From NCBI RefSeq assembly GCF_000143415.4, contig NW_003314337.1, positions 386,061 through 450,060 of the forward strand: a stretch of DNA of 64,000 nt. The letters run 5' to 3'. Within the stretch, counting starts at the first letter, position 1. Every line of letters begins with the position of its first letter. The DNA is from Selaginella moellendorffii. Lineage: Eukaryota; Plantae; Lycopodiophyta. Below are positions 22,363-34,156 of this stretch, one piece after another. Below the pieces are notes generated by a model, which saw nothing but the letters and a program-made list of their open reading frames with translations, was not told where the DNA came from and did not search any database. Made by a program: the position numbers and the translations under genes.

Positions 22363-23510
22363 TAAAGTTGAACGAATATGATTCCCTCAATAACAATCCC
22401 ATTATTCCTCGCACTTTTCAGCTGTTCCAGCCATTCCTTCTTCTGAAATGCCTGCTTCTGCAGCTTGTTGATATCCATCTCATGGATTCTTCCTGCCTCT
22501 ATGCCGCCGTCGTTTGTCAAGCCAAGACAAGTTTAATTCTCAAACAAACCTTGTAAGCAGTGCTGCATTTTTTCTTTTCCAAAACTGCAAGAAGTGCACT
22601 GAACAAACCGCAGTCATTACAGAAAGGGCTACATGGAGAGCAGTTCCTCATGGTCTGCAGCAAAAATTTAAGTGAAACTCAACAATGCGAAAGGAAACGA
22701 GACTCCTTGTAATAAAAGAAAAGCGCCACTACCGACGGAATGACAAGCCACTTATATATACATTCCAAGAAACGCAAAATATATAGCCATCTGAAATTCT
22801 AAACATCATAAGACACTCGTTTTTCAAAATTGCCAATCACCTTGGCACCGAAATACGCGTGGATGGCATCTACAGGTTGCGACGTAAGCCCTTTTCAAAC
22901 CTTTCAACAATTCATTACGCGAAGTTTCACCTGAGGAAAAGAAAATGGAAGAAAATAAGCCTTGAGCACTGCAAGCATGTTGTCTCCCGGGTTTAGCTCT
23001 AGCTCCGATGAGTCACCCACCGTGAACTTCACAGGACGTGGAGAGAAGTGTCAGTCAAACCGCAACAGAAAGCATTAAACGATGCCATACCACACTATAC
23101 AACAGGTACTCCATGCAACTGTATTTTTCTGTCCAACGAGTTGCTGATTGCTTGTCGCACAAATGCATCTCGCTTCTCCCAATCTAATCCTGTAGGAAGA
23201 ATGAAAGTGAGAAAAGTTTTAGGCTCTGTTCGATCGGCAAACAAACCAAGGTAAGTCAATTTCTTGATGTTGAGCTTCTCTGCTGTGCGACCAACAACCT
23301 GCCGCGATCTGAAAAGCCACAAGCAAACGTATAAGAAAACTTACCTTGATGAATCTGATCGAATCCAAGCCCTCTTCGAGGCCACTATTCTTCAACCCCT
23401 TGATATAGCTCGCCACAGCATCGTTCAGACCCGGGGCTGTGCTTGCTTGCGACCGCGATGCAAATCTCGAAGCACGGTGCTGCATTCGATGACTTCATAG
23501 TGAAAGTGAT
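22363..23510 (-). pseudogene. Anoctamin/TMEM16-like gene fragment (N-terminal half, introns retained, frameshifted)
   Basis: CFEICIAV, LTSQPVDAIHAYFGAK, AIYFAFLGMY, FLQFWKRKNAALLTR and KQAFQKKEWLEQLKSARNN match plant anoctamin-like proteins; frameshifts and stops. Confidence 0.8.
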
Positions 23511-24024
23511 CCACTGAGGGCTCGTGCAAGAACAAATGAGCAGGACGTGGACGATCACGATTTCACTGCCAATAAAGAGCTTTTTTATCGAAAGATCGCA
23601 AAAAAGGAGAAGTCAAATCCATACCTTGGGCCTAAGATGGATCCGAAATCACAAAGAAACATGAGCTTCGGACTTTCACACTGGTGGAAACGTCCTGCGG
23701 TTGACGGCTTTCCTGCAACCATCTCTAAGCTCCCAGATTTTCTCCTTTGTCCGCAAAGGAACAAGAACTTCCAATGGATGAAAGCTTACCTTATTATCAA
23801 TGCGAAGAACAATTTTTTCTTTGCTGTGGCTGCGAGCTTACCTCAATCGACGGGGATCTTTCCAGCGGCCAAGAGCAAAGGAATGCCTTGCTCCGATAGA
23901 AACGTCGCGACTGGCAGTGGATAGAATGCGATCCACGGCACGCTGAATCTCCTAGCCACCTCCACCCATCCGAGGATAGAATCCGAGACAATGAAGCTCA
24001 CTGGGCAAAATGACAATTGGCAAA

Positions 24025-25049
24025 TGTTAGGCACCAGGTCAGGATAATAGGATAAAAGAAAGGGCCCTACAATCACCTTTTAGCCAGTTGGCTTAGGGTG
24101 TAAGGGATAGGATCTTAACATTGGTATTGGAGCCTAGTTCGATTCTTGTGGCTGACGAGTGGGGCAAGAATATTTTGAAGGAATATTCAACATGGTGGAT
24201 TTAGAGGGAGAACCAAGGTTTGGTAGACCCTAAGAGAAGGACCATGGTGACCGGATGGTGGCCTAAGTATGATCGATTGGTATCGGAGCCTAGTTCGATT
24301 CTCATGGCTGACGAGTGGGGTAGGAATATTTTGAAGGAATATTCAACATGGTGGATCTAGAGGGAGAACCAAGGTTTGGTAGACCCTAAGAGAAGGACCA
24401 TGGTGACCGGATGGTGGCCTAAGTATGATCGATTGGTATTGGAGCCTAGTTCGATTCTCATGGCTGACGAGTGGGGCAGGAATATTCTGAAGGAATATTC
24501 AACATGGTGGATCTAGAGGGAGAACCAAGGTTTGGTAGACCCTAAGAGAAGGACCATGGTGACCGGATGGTGGCCTAAGTATGATCAATTGGTATGGGGC
24601 AGGAATATTCTGAAGGAATATTCAACATGGTGGATCTAGAGGGAGAACCAAGGTTTGGTAGACCCTAAGAGAAGGACCATGGTGACCGGATGGTGGCCTA
24701 AGTATGATCAATTGGTATCGGAGCCTAGTTCGATTCTCATGGCTGACGAGTGGGGCAGGAATATTCTGAAGGAATATTCAACATGGTGGATCAAGAGAAG
24801 GACCATGGTGAGAAGAGAAGTATCGGAGCCTAGTTCGATTCTCATGGCTGACGAGTGGGGCAGGAATATTCTGAAGGAATATTCAACATGGTGGATCAAG
24901 AGAAGAACCATGGTGAAAAGAGAAGAGAAGAATAATTATCAAGAGAAGAATTATCAAGAGAAGGATAATAGGATAAAGAAAGGGCCCTGCAATCAAGTGA
25001 TCACCCCTTTAGCCAGTTGGCTTAGGGTGTAAGGGATAGGATCCTAACA
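24025..25049 (+). mobile_element. Miniature non-autonomous LTR retroelement (TRIM-like)
   Basis: Termini TGTTAGG...CCTAACA with 5-bp TSD GCAAA (24020-24024 and 25050-25054). Terminal direct repeats of about 90-96 bp (24025-24120 and about 24960-25049). tRNA-iMet PBS right after the 5' LTR and a purine tract before the 3' LTR. Confidence 0.88.
24121..24915 (+). repeat. Tandem array of ~156-bp units, each starting with a tRNA-Met PBS
   Basis: Units start at 24121, 24277, 24433, 24589 (33-bp deletion), 24712 and about 24820 (partial), beginning TTGGTAT(C/T)GGAGCC; unit 4 retains only TTGGTA. Confidence 0.92.
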
Positions 25050-25198
25050 GCAAACGATCCCCTCCAGCAGTTCCACGAACGGCTCCTGGTAGCAGCGATG
25101 AATTTCGGGATGTCCTGTATGCTTCGCTCCAGCAGCATCTCATCTGGAATTGTGGCGAGGATGCCGATGCCGCGATCCTCTGGCGATAGCACACCGCG

Positions 25199-25975
25199 CA
25201 TCTTCCGGGTTTTTTTTCAAAGGCTACTCGGTTTTGTGATCGTCGGTGCCGCTCTTGGTGGATCGATCATGGATTCCAGTGGAAACGAGCTCCTCCAGCT
25301 CAAGAGATACGTCGCAACTCCCACCGGGAAGAACGTCGCGCAGTACTATGCTCTCATCGACGTTCTCAAGTCGGCTCAGTCCATAGGAGCTTTCTTACAC
25401 GGACTCTCTGGTGGTTCTTCTTTTCTTTCACCAACTTTCCTGATCCTAGATCAAGGGATATTGGAGGGTCTCTACGAAGGCTATGAAGGCCGAGTAATCG
25501 GGCTCATCGATAGTTTCGAGTCGTTTGATATCAGAACTACCAGAACTGGAAAACCCATGTTTCACTGCGTCATTTGCCTCGAGGACGTCCAGGATGCGGA
25601 CATGTACACTCTCACCGAGTGCTCTCGCAAGTTTTGCTCATCGTGCGTGAAGCAGCACGTCGAAGCTACAGTAACAACCGGGCGGACTTTCCCGGTGGCT
25701 TGCCCGCAAGTCGAGTGCACGAAGAAGTTCACCGAGAGCGAGTGCAAGAAGCTGCTGTCCGAGGCGGCTCTCAAAGTTTTCATGAAGAAGATAGAGGAGG
25801 AGCGCATCCCTGAGAGTCTACTGCCCGTGTCCAAACTGCTCGGACTTGATGGATAGAAGGACTTTCCTCGACCCCAACCCCCGAGCTTGCCACAGATACT
25901 TCTGCCTCGACTGCCGAGTTCCCTGGCATACATTCTCGACTTGTGCTGGATACCAGCGGCTGCCTCTACTGGATT
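25199..25975 (+). pseudogene. RBR (RING-IBR) E3 ligase fragment with N-terminal RNase H-like segment (RSL1-like), frameshifted
   Basis: GAALGGSIMDSSGNELLQLKRY...AQYYALIDVL; RING1 CVICLED..CSRKFCSSC..CPQVEC. Frameshift at about 25812 before RVYCPCPNC..CHRYFCLDCRVPWH (IBR). Confidence 0.8.
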
Positions 25976-26147
25976 TTCCAGCGTTCTTGAGAACATTCTT
26001 TTTACGCTGGTGGTAGAACCCTAGAAAGGTATGAATGCTGTTTTCTTTTGGCTTTTGTACCGAATTCAAGGTGTCCGCTTTCCGCCTCGCGGTTTACTAG
26101 GGAAAGATTAGGGTTGTTTCACTAAAAAGGATCTTTAGCTCTAAGGG

Positions 26148-27990
26148 ATGGAGCACGCCAACGCTAGCCCCGCGAAGCGCAAGCGAGGAGAAGGCGACAG
26201 TAAGCAGGCTCTACTTTACTGGCTTTACGGCAGCAGCTGCGCGGCTTGCAAAGCTGCGAGGTATTCTGCAAACGTCGAAGCTCTGGCGTCCGTCAAGAAA
26301 GCTCACCTTGACGGTCACCACGGATGGGCTCTCGGTGCATCGGGCGACACAGTAGGGGATACTGCTGCATCACCGGCAGATATGGGATGTGCGACGTCTG
26401 CCACATCACCAACGAGGGTGCCTGCCGGTGACCCGTCTACTCCTCCTCTCCGGGCTCCAGTTCCCTTGTTGTCCCTAACGGAAGAAGCATGCAAGCTTCT
26501 TCGTGCAAGCCCCTGTTCTGCAGACCGGGATGTTTTCATCTTCCAGCAGCCGCTGATCCGAGTGATCACCCACAAGATGCCTGCCAATGACAAGTTTGAT
26601 TTCGAGCAGCAGATCAAACCGTGGATGAAGCGAGCAGTCACAAGGATGATTCAGCCCGTGCGGCTGAGCAAGGATGCGTACCAAGCGGAGCCCTGTGGTG
26701 ACGAGTACGGGGAATTGCAAGACAGGACCCATATGTCTGCTGTTTTCACGGGGATCAGATCCATCATGCCAACGAGTGAACAAGTAAGGAAGACTTCTTT
26801 CCTTTGTTATTGTACTGAACTAGCCTTAGATTGCTGCCCGAGAGTCTTCCACGAAGTATATGGAAGAGGTAAGGAAGGCGGACGGGAGCTTCGAATACGT
26901 CGAGAAAGGTGTGACACCTCCGCCTCAGGATAGCAATGCAGCACACGAATCGTCCTCCGAAAAACAGAATCTGGTAAGCTAACTGTATGCATGAGTCTTC
27001 TGTTAACTAATAAGTGTTTGCCGGATGCACGCAGAGATGGGTCATGGACATCCTGATGTTTGCATTGGTGGGCGGAGCATGGTGCGTTGATGGTGTTGCA
27101 ACCTGGGTTCCTCGCGTCATTGCTGAATGTAAATGGAGGTAAGCGTTCCATGAACCTGATCTCTGCAACTCTGTTTGTGTTTTAGTCTCAAGCCAGAGGA
27201 TGTATATCAAGTTGCTTTGGGGGGTGCAAGGCTCTTTGTGGATAGGTTGCAGAAGAGGCTGCCGATTGACCGCTTGTACTTGAAGGTGTGATATTTATAC
27301 ATATTTTTAATTTGTTTATTTCCTCTTTAAGTCTGCATTGGCTTGAAACATTTCAGGTGTGGTCTGCAAAAAAATATCGGTACTCTATTTTGGATGTGTT
27401 TGGCTACGTGAGGTTGAAAAATGGAAGAGTTACTCCAGAGTCATTCAGTATATTTGAAAAGCAGGTAAATATTCGTTTTTTTTTGTGTGTTCTGACTCTG
27501 AGCTTGAGATTTCAAGGTTTCCGAGCTGCGAAGACGGTGTGGAGATTCTTTTCAAGAAGAGGCATTCAAGGATGCCTCCACATCTGTTCAAGACATGGAA
27601 CGGTTGTTCCAGGAGCGTGAGATGGAGTTTCAAGCACGCTTTTGTGGAATCAGATTACCCACTGAAATTGTCGCCCCTGTTGGAGTCCTTTACATAAGTC
27701 AGGTGTGTTGACAAGTTGTTTTATTCTCCTGGTTCACAGAATTTGGTGTACAGGATAGTCGCCCGTTTCCCACAGGATCAGAAGTTGTTGAAGAAAAGGA
27801 TGCCTATGTGTTTTATCAAGGAATGTTACGGGCGCTTGGCAGCAATGCAATTCTTGGCTGGGAAGAGGAACAATTGGAGGTATTAACAAGTTTTTTGTGT
27901 TTACTTGCTGCTCAAATTTGTGCAGGCAAATATTAGAGAAAGGTTGGGCGAGAGCGTTAACAAGTATCCCTTTGTCAACTGGCATGAAAA
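26148..27990 (+). pseudogene. Unidentified multi-exon gene or pseudogene (about 211-aa first exon; later exons appear disrupted)
   Basis: ATG preceded by telo-box-like TAGGGTT; NLS-like KRKR; regular short GT-AG introns (donors about 26783, 26974, 27139, 27286, 27464). No family recognised. Confidence 0.4.
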
Positions 27991-28371
27991 TGATGTAAAT
28001 GTGAGTATTTTAATTACAGACTAGTAAGTGCATTAGTTTTGGTTGCTGCAGCCTCCAAGTTTTGTATAGCTTGTAGGTAACTCGGAGATGAGGATCAAAA
28101 AGGAGGAAAGCTCTGGATCTGGCTGACTATTAGCATAATGTAAATGTTCCAACATAGCGGCGCTGTTTTGGATCACCTTGTTAGATTTTAATAAAATGCG
28201 GAGTAATATTTTTAAAAGAACTATGTTTATCATTAAATAACTATAGCAGAAAACTCTTGAATTCTATGCCGGAGAGGGACACTATCTTGGAATGTGATGC
28301 TTGCGAATCAACGAGGCCTCTCAACTCTTCGGAGCAATGGCGTTAATACACAACCCGGATGAGATCACACT

Positions 28372-28520
28372 CACAAGCTTGAGAACTGGCACTATGGCGT
28401 GCTCGTCGCCGTGGGATTCTACGGCCCCGTGTGGTAAACTTTTGCCTGATTTTTGGGGCTTTCCTTCTTCTCTTGTTCTTGGTTGAGCTTCTTTTTGTTT
28501 TGAGCTCTCCGCTACTAGGA
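28372..28520 (+). pseudogene. 3' remnant of QCR8 (exon 2 largely deleted)
   Basis: 28372-28437 is identical to QCR8 21426-21491; the intron and exon 2 are partly deleted. Confidence 0.88.
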
Positions 28521-28622
28521 TTTGAATTTGGCTGGAAAATTTGGAAGAAGGTACTCTTTCGTTTGGCGAGCAATAAAGGGAGAGCCTTTGGACAATAGAA
28601 CAAATGCCAAACTTTTCTCTTT

Positions 28623-29541
28623 TCATAGCTTGTCTATTTCTTCTCTCAAACTTGAAAGGTGGCTTATAACAGCTCTGGAGATCTCCAGAGCCACCATGGA
28701 AGATCTCAACGCAAACTCTTCGTACTCTTTGGAGAAAAGTATCGTTTGGTAATCGTCGATCACTGTCTTCACTGCCGATTCTTTGAGAGCCTCGGCAGAA
28801 CAGAGAGTTGCGAGCTCGAGCATCTCCAGCACATTGGAAGAAGTTACACTGCTCGTAAGATACTCCTCGCAAGTTCTGGCCAGAGCTGGGATATCATACT
28901 TGTCCGCCGCGACGAGAAGAGACGCCGAGTTTTTGGATAGATCGTCGTCGCTGATTCGAGCGCTGTAGAGAAACTCGATGAAGTTCTCGAGTTGGCTGTG
29001 GTTGAGGAGCTCCGGGACCATCACGGCTCCACTGTGCTCGGATTTGCAAGCGTCAACTTCGAACAAGACCTTGAAAAACGATGATTTTGTGGCCTAGATC
29101 ACGAAGAAGTTTGAGAGGGAGCAAGTTCTACAAGTTTCTACCAGGACAATGCGGTGTGCTCGAATGGAGTGACCATCGTTGGCAACGAGCTCCACGTCGG
29201 TGTGAATCCCTTCTCGAAATCCCACCGCCAGCGATTCGAGAAATCTAAGCTTGCGCGATGCCTCTCTTTCCATGAGCTCCAGATGCTCGATCCTTTTCGA
29301 GGCGTGAAGTAGCATGATCTAAATGCGAAAACGATTCACTTTGTTACTCTCGATCGTTCGAAAACCTTACCTTGGAAGATAGTTGCCGATCATCTTCTCC
29401 CAGCTTCCAATTTTGCTCGATCCGGCTGCTCACGCTCAGGATCGATTGCGCTCCCTCGAGGCATCCAGCACAGATTGTGTTTCGTGGAGGCCTGTAAGCG
29501 ATCGTTCCCACCACCACGCTGCTACAAACGCAGCAATCCAT
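28623..29541 (-). CDS. BTB/POZ domain protein (At3g56230-like); three exons
   Basis: MDCCVC...RPPRNTICAGCLEGA, GFREGIHTDVELV..SIRAHRIVL, FLYS..LLVAADKYDIPALARTCE; reading frame intact. Confidence 0.88.
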
Positions 29542-29861
29542 CAAAGGCCACCCCTCCAATTCCAAAAGAATTGGAAGCTATGGAGCATTGCGATCGTGCC
29601 AGCAGACTTCATGGCACGAAGAGAAAAAAAAAATCGCGAGAATTTCCTGCAAGCTTTTCTTTTCTATCGTTTAGTTGCTTCCATGATTCCCACAAGCAAG
29701 CGCCTGGCATTACCTCATCATACACACTTCTCACGCAAGCGATGTATGTCAAGAGCACCGCGCATATTCCAATACCACCCAAAAATTATGCTGACCGGCG
29801 TTGACTGGGCTAGTCATCGACGCGCATTATTTTCGCTGTTAGTGTTGCTAAGCCGCCGCGT

Positions 29862-31678
29862 TTAGGACGTCTTGGATGACATTCGTTGCAACTTTCTCTT
29901 CATCCGTGACTTGACTTTCACCTTGGTCGCAACAGTGGCCATGGTGTTCGCGAAGTTGCCAACAGCCATCACGATTAGCAGCACTCCACACGCCACCATC
30001 TGCAAGAGCGAGCACAATCTTAGAGAACAACATCACGGCCGGATAGAAGACTTGCCTGCCAATCGTAATCTTTGTCCACCATTGGAGTTTTAAGCAGTTT
30101 GAAACCAATGAAGAACTGGAACGCCTGTAACGAAAAGCCAAACCAGCGAATTGTTTTCCTTGGAGACTAATCGTGATCTCTTTACCTGGAGAATGAAGAG
30201 CAGGGGATACAGCACCCAGATCTGTCCCTTCATCCCCGCGGTCTCTCCCCACACCACGTCCATTCTTCCAGCCTGAAACAACAGGTAATATCACCCAGTT
30301 AGAACCACAGAAGAGATGTTTTAGCCTGTTGTTAGTCCATAGCAAAAAAGAATATACATTCAAGATATCGCGCTCAAGGCCTTGCCTTTCCAAGAGCGAT
30401 TCGTGTGTACAAGCGCTGTCGCTGGTATCGATTCTGCAGTAGCATCGAGACTCCCTGCATGGCTGCCCAAGACAAAAAGTGTCTCACAGCTTCCTACAAA
30501 GAGCCATGAGAAGGACGAACAAAGGAAGAATTATCAAAAGATTACCTGTTTACGAACGCACGACGGGTGCCCTTGAATGCCCCATGTCAAACTCACAAGA
30601 GCTGTAACCATGGCAAAATAATGATGATATACCCACCTGAGCGACAAAGAGACAATTCAAGACGGACAAAAAACGCAAAACAGGATAAAACACATACCAT
30701 GGACGTATGTCACTTCCGTTCACTCGAAGAATGTTTTCTCGCAGTGCCAAGCTGGTGTAGAAGAACAGCAGCCATGCCTGACACAGACAGAAGGATTTTA
30801 ATGGAGCGAATACAAAACCAAAGTTACTTACTTGGTAGGCTTGCACAGGTACAGCTGGGAAGCAGCCACTCCATAAAAAGTTCTTGAGTAACAGGAGGAC
30901 ACAAGGAAACGCCAAGAACAACACTGCTGTTCTGTCCTGAAAGGATGCGGCCAAACAGGACATTAATTTCAAAACCAGAAAAAAAAAAATCCTTTGCAAA
31001 CGAACCCTGTAAGTGTTGTACTCTTCCTTCACTTTAAATCGCGCGTCATTCCGGGTAGCTCGGACGTTCACTGGCCCCAGGAGGAGGCGTAGAAACAGTC
31101 CTGGAAAACTCACCGATCAATCCAGATCCAAAACGCTGGAAAGAGCGAAGAAGAAAAGCTTTACCATTCGACTTGTGAGGAAGAAGAGCTGCGACATCAC
31201 CCTCGTAGATCATGCTACGGGCCCTGTAGAGATCATCGTCCAGCTGACATGCATGCGAGTGTAAAGTTAGAAAGAAAGAGCGAAGAGAGAACGCATAGAG
31301 CAAAACCTTTTCCACCAGATGATTTCCAATCATGTCCTTCTCTAGCAGCGCAGCAATCTCGCCCTTCAAGCTCTTAATCTCGGCATCGTAAGCCAGCGCA
31401 TGCTGGCTCAACACTTGCGCTTCCGCCCTTATCCTGGAGCTGTGAACCGATGCTTCGTCCTGTAGCTTCTTACACCTCTCCACGAAGCTCCCAATTCTCG
31501 CGACGATCTCTTTCTCGGCCGGGAGCTCGCATCGGTAGCTCCGATTCGCCGCGCAGCCAGTATTGGAATTGGAATCGGAATCGGGCAGAGAATTGGAATT
31601 CGAGTGTGGAGGCGCCATACCATCTTGCGTGAGCTCATCGACCGGCGCTCCCCCGGCGGCGATGCCCGCTTCTCCCAT
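29862..31678 (-). CDS. TMEM120: TMEM120/TMPIT-like membrane protein; multi-exon
   Basis: GLFLRLLLGPVNVRATRNDARFKVKEEYNTYRDRTA, YQAWLLFFYTSLALRENILRVNGSDIRPW, AGRMDVVWGETAG, MAVGNFANT. Stop TAA at 29862. Confidence 0.9.
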
Positions 31679-31837
31679 CGCCCGGAGAAAATGCCAAAAC
31701 CCTAATCCACGCGTGGCATATAATTCAGGTAGCTGGGAGCATGTCCGCCATAGCCAGAGAAGGCAAACCTAGTTACACGAAAGGCCACGCGTCACGAAGT
31801 TACAGCGCCACGCGGTTAGAAAAATATTGTTGCTAGA

Positions 31838-33820
31838 ATGCGGGCTATGGTCTCCTCTTCTCGGGTATGGTGTCGCCTCCATTGAGCTGAAAATTAGGTT
31901 TCCCGTTCCAGGTGTGCATTGTGAGCAGCGATTTTGGCGCCCGGAGGAGCGCGCTGAGACGCTGCTGCGTTGTTTGCCGCGATGGAGCGCGCGGTTTTGA
32001 TTCCAAGGTGAGCATGCAAGCATGGAAATTCTTTTGATACATTGCGTGAATGCGGTCGCAGAAGAGCGATAGGAAGGAGCGGGCGAGACCAAAGCCAGTG
32101 TAAGGATGTGTGTTCTTTCGTGAAAGAGTGTTTATTTTCCTTTGATCCATAGGACCAAGCCTTTGGAAAGCAAGAGTGCTCGTAAGTTTCTTAGACGCTG
32201 GAGTTTGTGCTCTCTTAGTTTCTTCGTTTTTCCTCCAGAATTTCCACCAGGCGAACAAGCTTTCGAGAAAGATGACAATACTGACTTTGAGGAGCGTCTT
32301 AAAGCAATCAAAAGGTACATGGAGTGAGCTACAAGTGGTACTAGTTTATGTTTTCCAGTTCTGGCGAAGAGCAGCTACGAATCCAGAAGGAGAGAAAGTT
32401 TGGTCCTCTCGACTATTCCAGTCCCCCAAAAGAAGAAAACAAGAACAACCTGCTTCTCAAGGTATTTTTTGGTCAGTGCTTTTGTTTTTTACGAGCCATG
32501 AGGTGTTCAGGATTTTTTATAGGCTGGTGCTGGGCTCGCTGTCTTGGGACTCATTGTATCATTTGCAATCGGCGACTTTCTTCCGACAGCAAGGTTTGTT
32601 CTACGGCCGCACGAGTTTTTTTTTAACACTAGCACTCACTTCGTTTCCTGTAGTACAAATCTAGACAACGGTGTGGTTGCCAGCAAGAGGCTTAGGCCCC
32701 AAGAGGAGGAGAAATTCAAGGTAAAGCATTACTGTTTTTGCTCCTAAACACTTGTGACGCGTATTTAAACAGGCAGAACTTCAAAAGTTCGAGGAAGCTT
32801 TGAAAAATTCTCCAGATGATTTGTCTGCGCTTGAGGTATACGGTTTCGAACAAGCTTTGAAGTTCCCATTGATCGATCTCTGTTTGGCAGGGGGCTGCTG
32901 TTTCTTATGCCGAGCTTGGTGAATACGCTAAAGCTCAAACCAATCTAGAGAAGCTTATTCGGGTATGCATTGTCGGCATGGATATGACTAGCTTGACTTG
33001 TTTGAAATGCAGATGTCTCCAAGCAATGTGGAAGCGCTAAGGCTCTTAGCAGAGGTGAAAAGTTCGTTGAATGATTTTGAGGGAAGTTCCAATGCATATC
33101 GCCAGGCGATCAAAGTAATTCATGTCGCTTTTAAACATTTTCTGTAAACGGTTTTTGTCTTCAGGCTTCTGGTTCGACCTCCATGGAACTATTGCTGGGA
33201 CTCACTGAAGCTTTAATAGATGCCAATAAACCTGGAGAGGTAACGAACGATATTTGCTGTGTCTGACGTTTCTTACTGAAACATTTTAGGCAGTGGACGA
33301 GCTTCTTAGAGCAAAGGAGACAACAAAAACGGCACCTGGTGTCCAACTCTTAAAGGCAGATAATGTTGAAGACAGAACTTCTAGTCCCGCGGAAGACGGA
33401 ACCTCCTCCTCATCATTGGATCCCGTGCAGGCAAGTGCGCTTGACGTAATTTTTGGCCTCACCAGATTGTTTCACAGATTGATCTCCTGCTTGGAAAAGC
33501 ATACTCTGCATGGAATCGTCCCACGGATGCATTAACCGTTTATGATGCTTTGATAAAAGGCCGTCCGGATGACTTTAGAGGATACTTGGCCAAGGTTTGC
33601 GAGTTCCTAAGTTTTTCATGTGTAGTTCTTTTACACCAAATGCCTATCAGGGAGTTCTATTGAAGGAGCAAGGTCAGGCAAGCGATGCTGAACGAATGTT
33701 TATCCAAGTAAGAGCTCTTCTATCTAGTTTTCTCACTCTAATTAACTCGCAACATGGTAGGCACGCTACTTCGCTCCTGCAAAGGCTAAGTATCTCGTGG
33801 ACAAGTACACGAGACAGTAA
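31838..33820 (+). CDS. Plastid-type membrane-anchored TPR protein (At1g78915-like); about 13 exons
   Basis: Transit-like N-terminus, TDFEERLKAIKR, FGPLDY, a TM segment, ALEGAAVSYAELGEY, DDFRGYLAKGVLLKEQGQASDAERMFIQARYFAPAKAKYLVDKY. Stop TAA 33818-33820. Confidence 0.85.
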
Positions 33821-33836
33821 AAGCGCTCGAGCTGAT

Positions 33837-34156
33837 CTATACAGAGATAACGTTGGCCAGCAGTAGCCACGAGATTCCACTCGGGCATAGCGTCAAACAC
33901 CGACTTTGCGTCTTCCAGGAGGCCCTTTTGCGATACAAGGGTCTGCTCCGGGGAGGCCCCAGAAACGAGGCTCCGCTCTGGGGACTTGTGAAACAGCTCG
34001 CTAGCTCTCTCAAGATGCCCATTCAAGGTATTAGCCCAGAGCAGCTCTACGAGACAATGCCCCTCTCTCTCTGGAATATCATTGAACGTATGATCGATAC
34101 TGAATCTCTCAGGCATTGTTTGGAAGAGTTCTTGCGCCCAAGCGAGCGATCTCTCC
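33837..34156 (-). pseudogene. Truncated, internally deleted copy of the PPR gene at 43000-44604
   Basis: Aligns to 43000-43028, then jumps about 600 bp to 43633-43975, with further deletions. Confidence 0.9.

Larger units (their letters stand above)
23510..25195 (-). pseudogene. UDP-glycosyltransferase N-terminal fragment interrupted by an LTR element
   Basis: Removing 24025-25049 plus one TSD copy restores EPFVELLEGIVCQLSFCPVSFIVSDSILGWVEVARRFSVPWIAFYP, a typical UGT segment; in-frame stop follows. Confidence 0.75.

Noticed and set aside
24121-24915. CRISPR-like array
   Set aside because: The units are near-identical along their full length with no unique spacers, there are no cas genes, and the array is bounded by LTRs and a TSD.
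24655-25032. 125-aa ORF with an internal repeat
   Set aside because: It is a translation of the tandem units and the LTR, with a non-ATG start.
29848-30393. 181-aa ORF at the TMEM120 3' end
   Set aside because: It crosses introns in the wrong frame; the spliced frame ends at 29862.
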